64,000 nt of DNA from Pecten maximus (lineage: Eukaryota), in assembly GCF_902652985.1 (NCBI RefSeq), contig NC_047025.1, forward strand, positions 13,950,001-14,014,000, given 5' to 3'. Position numbers and translations under genes: made by a program. This document shows, piece after piece, positions 53,870 through 64,000 of this stretch (its first letter is position 1; every line of letters starts with the position of its first letter). The notes beneath the pieces are model-generated. The model worked only from the letters and a program-made list of their open reading frames with translations. It did no database searches and was not told where the DNA came from.

Positions 53870-54450
53870 ATGATTTTCCTTCTGGAACAAAGGTGACTAT
53901 CTACTGGAAACGGGAGTTGGCTGTTTATCCTTCGAGAGCGAAGGTGGCTGATTATCCTTCGAGAGCGAAGGTGGCTGATTATCTACTGGAAACAAAGATG
54001 GCTGATTATCCTTCGAGAGCCAAGGTGGCTGGATTATCTACTGGAAACAAAGATGGCTGATTATCCTTCTAGTGCGAAGGTGGCTGGATTATCTACTGGA
54101 AACAAAGTTGGCTGATTATCCTTCTAGTGCGAAGGTGGCTGGATTATCTACTGGAAATAAAGTTGGTTGATTATCCTTTAAGGGTGAAGGTGGCTGGATT
54201 ATCTACTGGAAACAAAGTTGGCTGGTTATCCTTCTAGTGTGAAGGTGGCTGGATTATCTACTGGAAATAAAGTTGGTTGATTATCCTTTAAGGGTGAAGG
54301 TGGCTGGATTATCTACTGGAAACAAAGTTGGCTGATTATCCTTTAAGGGTGAAGGTGGCTGGATTATCTACTGGAAACAAAGTTGGCTGATTATCCTTTA
54401 AGGGTGAAGGTGGCTGGATTATCTACTGGAGACAAAGTTGGCTGATTATC
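53870..54450. repeat. 27/28-bp satellite forming a 55-bp dimeric higher-order repeat, with degenerate flanks (~53440-54680)
   Basis: Alternating gctggattatctactggaaacaaagttg and gctgattatccttctagtgcgaaggtg; registers at 54031, 54086, 54141. Confidence 0.9.
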
Positions 54451-54820
54451 TTTGAACTAAGATGACTACTGATAAGATTATCATATGGTTGGAGCTGATT
54501 GGATTATCAACTGAGAACGTTGATGGTTGTATTTTCTACTTTGAAAGGAGGTCATTAATGCTTACATTATCTACAAGGAAGAGACTTGGTTGGATTATTG
54601 ACAGAGAACGAAAATTTGCTAAATATCCTATCGAGATTAAGATCGCTGGATTATATATTTGAAAGGAAGCTGATTTGATTATCAATATATTAGGAATATA
54701 ATAAGGAAATGCAGAAGATCTAAAATGCCTTTGTAAACATATCCTTCAAACACATACTAGTAACTATGTGCACAAATACGTCTTATACTACAAATGTACC
54801 ATTGTCACTAAGTTACTAAA

Positions 54821-54936
54821 GGGGCCACAGTGGCCGAGTGGTTGAGGTGTCCCGACATTTTATCACTAGTCCTCCACCTCTGGGGAGGCGAGTTCAAGAC
54901 CCACATGGGGTAGTTGTCTGGTACTGACCTTAGGCC
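54821..54936 (+). mobile_element. 3'-truncated copy of the 25097-25309 SINE
   Basis: ggggccacagtggccgagtggttgaggtgtcccgaca...cctccacctctggg...gagttcaagaccc matches the SINE head. Confidence 0.85.
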
Positions 54937-55070
54937 TGAGAATCCTTCGTATTGATTCTAGTACAGAATACGTTTACAGCACATATTGTAAATGATGTAA
55001 TTTTGTGGCTGAAACGATTTGCGAAGATTTCAATTAAGAAAACCGAATGATTTTACCAATAATGTGTCTC

Positions 55071-56740
55071 TGATTCTACCTATATGACATTGCCCATTTT
55101 ACCTATGATTCTACCTATATGACATTGCTCATTTTACCTATAATTCTACCTATATGGCATGGCTCATTTTACCTATGATTCTACCTATATGGCATGGCCC
55201 ATTTTACCTATGATTCTACCTATATGACATGGCTCATTTTACCTATGATTCTACCTATATGACATGGCTCATTTTACCTATAATTCTACCTATATGACAT
55301 TGCCCATTTTACCTATGATTCTACCTATATGACATTGCCCATTTTACCTATGATTCTACCTATATGGCATTGCTCATTTTACCTATGATTCTACCTATAT
55401 GGCATTGCTCATTTTACCTATGATGATTCTACCTATATGGCATGGCTCATTTTACCTATAATTCTACCTATATGGCATGGCCCATTTTACCTATGATTCT
55501 ACCTATATGACATTGCTCATTTTACCTATGATTCTGCCTATATGGCATGGCCCATTTTATCTATGATTCTACCTATATGACATGGCTCATTTTACCTATA
55601 ATTCTACCTATATGGCATTGCTCATTTCACCTATAATTCTACCTATATGACATTGCCCATTTTACCTATAATTCTACCTATATGACATTGCCCATTTTAC
55701 CTATAATTCTACCTATATGTCATGGCTCATTTTACCTATGATTCTACCTATATGGCATTGCTCATTTTACCTATAATTCTACCTATATGACATGGCTCAT
55801 TTTACCTATAATTCTACCTATATGACATTGCCCATTTTACCTATAATTCTACCTATATGACATTGCCCATTTTACCTATAATTCTACCTATATGTCATGG
55901 CTCATTTTACCTATGATTCTACCTATATGGCATTGCTCATTTTATCTATGATTCTACCTATATGACATGGCTCATTTTACCTATAATTCTACCTATATGA
56001 CATTGCCCATTTTACCTATAATTCTACCTATATGACATTGCCCATTTTACCTATAATTCTACCTATATGACATGGCTCATTTTATCTATGATTCTACCTA
56101 AATGGCATGGCTCATTTTACCTATAATTCTACCTATATGACATTGCCCATTTTACCTATGATTCTACCTATATGGCATTGCTCATTTTACCTATGATTCT
56201 ACCTATATGGCATTGCTCATTTTACCTATGATTCTACCTATATGGCATTGCTCATTTTACCTATGATTCTACCTATATGACATGGCTCATTTACCTATAT
56301 TCTACATATGACATGCTCTTTTACATGATTCTACCTATATGACATGCTCATTTTACCTATTTCTCCTACTATATGACATTGCTCATTTTACCTATGATTC
56401 TACCTATAGACATTGCTCATTTTACCTTTGATTCTACCTATATGCATTGGCCATTTTACCTATGATTCTACCTCTATGCATTGCTCATTTTACCTATGAT
56501 TCTACCTATAGACATGCTCATTTTACCTATGATTTCTACCTAATGGCATGGCTCATTTTATACCTATATATTCGACCTATGATGACATTGCCATTTACCT
56601 ATGATGTGCCATTTTACTATGAACTATGCATTGCAGTTCATTATTTACTTGAGCCATTTACCTATGATTCTACCTATATGACATTGTTCATTTTACCTAT
56701 AATTCTACCTATACGACATTGATCATTTTACCTATAATAT
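55071..56740. repeat. 35-bp minisatellite, about 47 copies, deletion-rich after ~56280
   Basis: Unit tgattctacctatatgacattgcccattttaccta with g/a and c/t variants. Confidence 0.95.
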
Positions 56741-56840
56741 ACCGCTGATTTTACCTACAATACATTGCAATTAATTACTTTTACATCCGTTTTACAGACG
56801 GATAATTTCTTTTGTGGATCTTCATCGAAACTTAACTAAA

Positions 56841-57391
56841 ATGTCGATGACGCAGGAAGAGGCGGACTGTGTTGTCCTGGACAACGGATCGCATAAGATT
56901 AAGGCAGGTTACGCCGGAAATGATTGTCCTATTCATACATTTCGGACAGTGATTGGAACGCCTTTGCATAAGGTAATTGTAGGTTACAATACAATATGAC
57001 AGTTTCTATTTGAACCGGACGGAATTGTTACATGTTGTGTAGTCATCGTTTGCTCCTGACCCACCCTATCGTAATCTATAACACATTAACTCAGAAAGAC
57101 TCATTAAAACGGATTAGCGGAATGATAACTTAGCGCACCGAAAATGTTTGCAATATATAAAACAGTGTGTAGATAAATCAGCGTCAGTGCGATAAAAAAT
57201 AAGCGAAATTATCTCATACAAAAAGCGCTAAAATAAGATTACCGCTAAAATATGGATAATTACAGTAATTATTCAGAAACCATATACATATGATCCTAGG
57301 CACAGTTTCTTCAGAAATTGTTTTGAACAGTAAACGAAACATTGTAGATTAGAGCCCAATCCCAATCTGACAAGTCAAGGGGCCGCCGGGG

Positions 57392-57426
<35 letters not shown>

Positions 57427-58725
57427 GTTCTAGCGACTTCGATAGGGGTAACCTATTCCCATCTGTGATGCCGAGGTTTTAATCATTTTAAATTATTCAT
57501 TGATCAGTGCCTAACAAATTTATACAGAAAACCGCATAGTCTTAACGCTACATATTCGATTATAATTCTAAAGCTCAATGTAAAATCTAAAAGACAGACC
57601 ATTAGTAAAGAATTTGACTAAAAGGTGATATATGTTCCATCTAAATTCTAAAATGCATCTGAATCAATTTTCTTTTAGGACCAAACGATTGATGGTGTGT
57701 CAAAGAAATGTTACGTAGGTGACCAGGCTATTCAGAATATGGACGCACTGGACATTCGACGACCCATAGAGCGAGGTATCGTGACTGACTGGGAAGCCAT
57801 GGAAACAGTATGGACTCACGTGTTTGATAATCTTAGCGTGAAACCTTCTGACAAAGATATTCTTTTAACGGAACCACAAATGAACCCAAAATCAAACAGA
57901 GAGAAAATGGTACAAATCATGTTTGAGAAAATCCAGCCCCGAGGAATGTATGTTATTAGCTCGAATGTGCTGTCGCATTATGCCAATGGACGGGTGTCTG
58001 GTCTTTTGATCGATTCAGGTTTTGAAGTGACGAGTGTTGTATGTATATACGAAGGATATGAAGTCACTCAATCCATGTTTAGATCCGATATCGGCGGTAA
58101 TGATATCACTAACTACTTGATCGAACTTCTTGGGAAAAGAGGCTTCGCGTTTACCACAGCGGAAGAAATAGAGGAAGTCAACATGATGAAAGAACGGTGT
58201 GCTTACGTTTCTACCAACCCTGAAGCGGAAAAAGTGGACGACATAAAAAAGGACTATACTTGTTCTAATGGAACAACTGTCTGTCTTGGAGAAGAGAGAT
58301 TCCAGTGTATGGAGGCCATGTTTGACCCGTCTCTGATCGGAAGTAAAGCATGCGGCATACACGAACTGATTCTTAAAAGCATAAAAGCATGTCCTGTCCA
58401 TGTGCGAGCAGATATCTACGTCAATGTGCTAATCTCAGGAGGCAACACGATGGTAGCAGGTTTAATTGATAGAATCGACCAGGAATTGAGGAAGGCATTA
58501 CCAGTTAACTTAAGAAAAAGAGTAATCGCACCTCCTGAAAGACTTTATTCGACCTGGATAGGAGGGTCAATTTTGTCAAGTCTGACGACAGCACAGAGTA
58601 TGTGGATGAGATTAGAAGATTACGATGAATTTGGACCTAATATAGTTTATGGGCCCGGATTTTGCCGGCGTCAATCCAGTCAGTCTGAAATCTGTTGCGG
58701 GATGTCTGGCAGAATAATGTCCTAA
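56841..58725 (+). CDS. Divergent actin-like protein, copy 1, 392 aa
   Basis: Exons 56841-56972 and 57679-58725 (phase 0, at the conserved actin intron position near codon 41/42). Motifs VVLDNGS..KAGYAG, PIERGIVTDW, LLTEPQMNPKSNREKM, IYEGY, SGGNTM, IAPPER, WIGGSIL. Confidence 0.92.
57385..57425. repeat. Poly-G tract
   Basis: More than 30 G in the intron of actin-like copy 1. Confidence 0.9.
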
Positions 58726-59659
58726 TTTGGTTCTTCTAACAAGCAAAATCATAGGTGATTGTTCAAACCCTGTACTGAGACTGGCTCGCGTACATTCCAC
58801 GATGAGACTTGGTACTAGGTATTTAGCGCTTTGTCTCTTGAACAAAACATCAAATTGTCCATTCAACTGAAAGGTTTTAATTTTCCGAGGCTTCAGTAAG
58901 GCTACTTAAGTCAAATTACTGATTGCTCTTCAAATTCAGAAAATCAATTAGCGAACGGACAAGTCGATCAGCGTTGAGATTATAAAAGTCTTTATTTTCG
59001 ATTTTCACACATACCAACTAGAAATCTGTTGACACGCAGCGCGATGTCCAATGAATAGAATGTTCGCCCAACAGCTAAACGCCGATCGTTTCCAATATTC
59101 AGGAATTGATTTTTTTAAAGAAGAAATGTTCATCTTACTTATATCTTTTTGCAAACGTCGATATCGTTGGAAGTATTACGCTGCACAGGCCAAGCAATGT
59201 ATATCGTTCCATATTTAACAGCTTGGCACATCAGGATGTTGTTAGACTTACAATACGCACCTGCACACCTGAAATATTCGATGATCAATTTATGATATAC
59301 TCAATGCAATGGAAGCTCAAAATCTGCGGTATTGCATTTCAAGTCAGTGATCATTTTACTATATTATTACATAATGCGAATGTAGTGACCAGCTTATCCT
59401 AGTATAAATACAATGTATATTTTATGTATTTTAGATATATCACGTTCGTTGATAAGGGGGAAATGTTAACACATTGTTTGTGCATATATATATATATATA
59501 TATCTTTATATCCGAAAATAAACTATACCTTGAACATTAAAAATACTGATTTACTATCTGTCTTTAAGTGTCTGACATTTCATCGAAGATATACATACAG
59601 ATAGATTGCGGAACGTTTTGCAAAGGAATGACTTCTCTGCTTAGATTTATCATTACTAT

Positions 59660-59890
59660 TTCAGGTCACCTGAGACAAAGATGCAAGTGACCTATTCTGA
59701 TCGCCTTTTGTCCGTCGTCGTGCGCCGTCCGTCGTGGATCCCAAAACAATTTACATATTCGAGTGACAGTTTGGATAAGGCACATGTTGGTCTGACTGAC
59801 TCTCGGGGGATTATAGGCGGGGTCAAAAATGGTAAAATTGACTAATATTTCAAACATCAGGTGACCGTTAAGGCCCACGGGTATCTTGTT
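59660..59890 (+). mobile_element. Short Helentron-associated (HINE-like) element
   Basis: Sub-terminal inverted repeats GGTCACCTGA (~59664) / TCAGGTGACC (59857), GTCC/GTC microsatellite, 3' stem-loop-like aaggcccacgggtatctt. Confidence 0.7.
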
Positions 59891-60060
59891 ATGATCAGCT
59901 GCCAAAATACAAATGTATGTAAAATACAACCCGATTGGCGAAAGCTTAATCAATGCTCTGACTGCAATACGACAACATGATGGCCAGGTTAAGTTAATAA
60001 TATGTAACGTCCTATCAACAGCTAAGGTCATAAATCCTCTGTGTGCGAGATGCATGTAGT

Positions 60061-60470
60061 TTTTAGGTCATCTGACCCGAAGGGTCAGGATGACCTATAG
60101 TCATCATGTTTCGTCCGTCGTCGTGCGCCGTCCGCCGTGCGTCGTGCGTAAACTTTTCACATTTCAAATTTATTCTCAAGTTCCACCAGTGCGATTGAGT
60201 TGAAACTTGCCAGAACTGATCCTGAGGTGGTCCTGACCAAGTGTTGTTATTTTTCGGGCCGATCCGAAATCCAAGATTGCCGCAATAGCCGCCATCTTGA
60301 AAACACATTTTAAACTTCTTCTCAAGTTTCACCAGTGCTGTTGAGCTGAAACTTGCCTGAAATAATCCTGAGATGATTCCGACCAAGTGTTGTTATTTTT
60401 TGGGCCGATCCGAAATCCAAGATGGCCGCCATAGCCACCATCTTGAAAAACACATTTTTAACTTCTTCTC
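60061..60470 (+). mobile_element. Helentron-associated (HINE-like) element, 3'-truncated
   Basis: 5' hairpin taggtcatctgaccc-gaa-gggtcaggatgaccta, the same GTCC microsatellite, two 146-bp core repeats (registers 60173 and 60319). Confidence 0.75.
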
Positions 60471-60739
60471 TTCTCTTAAAACATATACGGAACACTTACG
60501 AAACAACTACTGAACTGATACCGGAGGTAATAGACCTGTTTTACATACTTAATGGAAAATAACTTGGATGTTTCGATTCGTCAGTGCGCTTATCTGTTAA
60601 AAAGTGGTTTTCGCTAAAATTTGAGTGCACCAAATAAATGCTTTAACAGTAATGCTACACATAATTTTACGTGTTTATGTCATTAACTTTGAGAAGCCGA
60701 ATACATTTTTTCCTGTGTAACAAATACAGGTGTTTACGG

Positions 60740-62123
60740 ATGATGTCGAGTTCTGAAGAAGAGGCTATCTGTGTTGTCCTGGACAACGGTTCCTATAGAA
60801 TCAAAGCAGGATTCGCCGGGGATGATGCTCCACGGAGTGTATTTCGGACATTAGTAGGAACGTCCTTGCATGAGGTATTGAGTTTGTTCAATTTTTTTTT
60901 ATACAGATGAATTTTTTTGTGAAATTAACTCAAAGAAAAGTTAATAAGACTAAAAACAAATACTAGATTAAATTCCTATAATCAACATCGAATCATTTTA
61001 CTTGTTTGTATTCGTTTTGAACGTAGTGTAATTTTGAGAATTTGCCAGCAAGGTATTTTGCTTATACTTCCAGAAATTAAGCGATAAAGCGAATATTACT
61101 GTAGCTATGCTAAACACGTACATTAATTACATGTTTATCGTTTTCACAGGCGAAATGTTACGTAGGTAGCCAGATCATCGAGATGATGGATGTCCTTGAT
61201 ATACGAAGACCGATAGAGCGAGGGATCGTTACTGACTGGGATGCGATGGAGAGAGTGTGGGATCACGTATTCTATGATCTTAGCGTGGAGTCTTCTGACA
61301 TTAATGTTCTTGTAACAGAACCATCTATGAATCCAAAGTCAAACAAAGAAAAAATAATACAAATTATGTTTGAGACATTCCAGCCGCAAGGAATGTATGT
61401 GATTTCGCCAAATGTGCTGTCACTTTTCTCTCCGGGACGCACCACTGGTCTCGTGATAGATTCAGGTTTTGAATTGACGTGTGTCGTGTGCATATATGAA
61501 GGATATAAAATAGCCCAATCCATACATAGATCCGATATCGGCGGTAATGATATCACTAACTACTTGATCGAACTTCTTAGGCAAACGAGGCTTCGCGTTT
61601 ACCACAGCGGAAGAAATAGAGGAAGTCAACATGATGAAAGAACGATGTGCTTACGTTTCTACCAACCCTGAAGCGGAAAAAGGTGGACGACATTAAAAAG
61701 GACTATACTTGTTCTAATGGAACAACCGTCTGTCTTGGGGAAGAGAGATTCCAGTGTATGGAGGCCATGTTTGACCCGTCTTTGATCGGAAGTAAAGCAT
61801 GCGGCATACACGAACTGATTGTGAAAAGTATCAAAGCATGTCCAGTAGATGTGGTGAGAGATTTTTACCAGAATGTTATTATCACAGGAAGCAACACGAT
61901 GACATCAGGTTTTGTGTCTAGACTAGAACGAGAATTACGGGCATTATTGCCAGCAAGCAAATGCATCAAAGTCGTCGCTCCCCCTGAAAGACACTGCTCA
62001 GCCTGGATAGGTGGATCGATTTTAGGGAGTCTTTCTACGACAGGAAGAATTTGGATAACACCTGCAGACTACGACGAGTTTGGACCTAATATAGTTCACA
62101 ATCCGGACTTTCCCCTGCATTAG
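60740..62123 (+). pseudogene. Divergent actin-like copy 2 with two +1 frameshifts (young pseudogene or consensus error); about 368 aa if corrected
   Basis: Exons 60740-60874 and 61150-62123. One extra base at ~61579 and one at ~61681 relative to copy 1; no other stops in the repaired frame; [14 protein letters not shown] and WIGGSIL intact. Confidence 0.75.
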
Positions 62124-63762
62124 TTATATCAGTGATTTTTTATTCAGTAACAAAGATATACAACCGACTAAACAGAATCAAAAGGACAATGATGAGACGA
62201 TAATTTCCAAAACTTAAAAATGTTAAACAAGGCATCGCAACACTACATTGTCTGTGGTGAAGTGAAGTTGCATGATTAGAAAGACGAGTATTACGCACCA
62301 TTTTATTGATGGGGGCCTACTGAATTTTATGTTAATATAAATGGTCCTAAAGTTGAATTTTATATTTTTGTTGAATATGACATCTTTTCCATCGGCACAC
62401 TTGATGTTTGTGAGTGTTTCATACAATTTCGACTAACGAAATAGAATACATTTTGTGCAAACGGTGGTATTTTTCATTTGTATTTAGAATCTCGTGTTTG
62501 AACAAAGGCGTGTAATTCAGTTTTCCTTATTCTTGTCAATTCCCTGAAAGACTTCTGATATGAAATTATTTCGATATTGATGAACAACAGATTGCAGAAG
62601 TTTGATGAAGAACATGTGTTGGGTGTTTATGTATGTTGTTCTTAAAGGCTAGTCAGCCAAAATAAGTCTACGTGTTTACGAGATTGAAATTAACAATTGG
62701 TATCGTTGTGTTTAGATTATACAATGTACTATTGGATTATCTGTTGTTGTAGTTTGCTCCCTTATGTATTAAACTATTTTTTCAATGTAGGTCTTTAAGT
62801 TGTCTTCATACGAATCTTTCTGAGGAAGTATAGAAATAACATGATGCCAAGAACTCATTACCAATTTGCCTTTTGGCATTGAGGAGAGCATGTTAGTGTA
62901 ATGGTACCATACACCAGACGCAAGGTACAGAATCCATGTATCTCCAAATTCAGATTTGCTGTCTTTTTAAACTATATCAATTTGATGTACTCTTCGTGAT
63001 GTTGCTAAAACAGTTAAAATTACGTAGAACATAAACAATTGAAGCCTCATATGATTTTCTTAAATAATTTTAAAACATAAATATTCTAGAAGCGACCTCA
63101 CACAATCACCGAGCACCATTAACCCTCGAGGACCTAGCTTGGATACGAACTGTGATATTTACACAGAGATTTGATCTACATCTATATTAAAACGATACCA
63201 ATAATAAGGCATGACCGAGTAAAGGATTGGTACTGATGTACATCTCATATTCAAAGCATCATTTACATTACCATACCTGGCGAAGCCGTCGCACAAATTA
63301 ATCTTTGGTGTACATTGTGTTGTGTATAAAAAACAAACTTAATTTACGTTTTTTTTTTGTTTTTTAATTTTTGAAAACTGCTTAAGTTTTATCAATCGCT
63401 CATTCTTGCCCTGATGTAATTGTACAAATGACACAAAATAGCAGCTTTGAATAAGTAATTAACCAGGTCTATATCGAAAAGTAAATACAAAACTGCATCA
63501 TTCATCTGTTTTGCCAGTCAGTGATGTTAGAGGCCAATCGTGATGATATCCAGAGGGGAATAGGGACCCGGCTGGCAACCTTCATGAAAGACTTGCGTTT
63601 AAGTAATGTGCCCAAAACGATTATCACACACAAACCTCCTTCTGACGTAATACAGACAAAATAATAAATTAAGTAATGTATCCATATCACCTTTTGAACC
63701 TGTGTAATATATTAAGATACTTACAGGTGTGGATCAACGAGACCAATTTGAAGCAACCTGGA

Positions 63763-63894
63763 ATGTCAAGTTCAGACGAAGAGGATCCCTGTGTTGTTCT
63801 TGACAACGGGTCCCACAGGATCAAGGCAGGATATGCAGGTGACGATTCTCCACGGAGTATATTTCGGACCATTGTTGGAACGCCCTTGTTTGAG
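63763..63894 (+). CDS. Divergent actin-like copy 3, first coding exon (gene continues past the window)
   Basis: [44 protein letters not shown] followed by donor GAG|GTAAAT at the same position as in copies 1 and 2. Confidence 0.88.
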
Positions 63895-64000
63895 GTAAAT
63901 GATTTTTCAAATTGTTGATGTATTTGTATGTTAAATCCAATATATCAAATGCTACTAAGTGATAAGAATATGAACGAAAAACTACTGCCCTTTTATTTAT

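Noticed and set aside
52471-56740. CRISPR-like appearance of the 49-, 55- and 35-bp arrays
   Set aside because: Units are contiguous with no unique spacers, there are no cas genes, and the context is eukaryotic.
59666-60386. Minus-strand ORFs of 129 and 107 aa
   Set aside because: They lie over non-coding Helentron-type repeats and show no transposase or Rep/helicase motifs.
61570-61690. Programmed ribosomal frameshifting in actin-like copy 2 or the tyrosinase
   Set aside because: No convincing slippery site with a stimulatory structure; two successive +1 shifts would be needed in the actin-like gene.

Overview
AT-rich eukaryotic genomic DNA with GT-AG introns, most likely a bivalve mollusc (inferred from the tyrosinase architecture and the SINE and Helentron-type repeats, not proven). 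Genes in order: a secreted tyrosinase-like gene (+, 3 coding exons, one +1 frameshift before the C-terminal Cys-rich domain); a single-coding-exon Toll-like receptor with few recognisable LRRs (-); a complete 12-exon PIGU gene (-); two tandem 3-exon atypical dual-specificity phosphatases (+), the first head-to-head with PIGU; and at least three tandem divergent actin-like genes (+; the second has two +1 frameshifts, the third is cut by the window end). Non-coding DNA holds tRNA-derived SINEs, several MITEs with readable target-site duplications, Helentron-like elements and many minisatellites. Most unusual: (1) three separate tandem duplications spanning PIGU splice junctions, including a ~22-copy 53-bp array made of the exon-10 acceptor; (2) actin-like paralogues lacking Q137, H161, H73 and the normal P2 loop, with a shared ~290-bp conversion-like tract; (3) a perfect, loop-less 118-bp palindrome with an 8-bp TSD beside a candidate promoter. 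No prokaryotic-type system or CRISPR array is present. All coordinates and alignments were read by eye.
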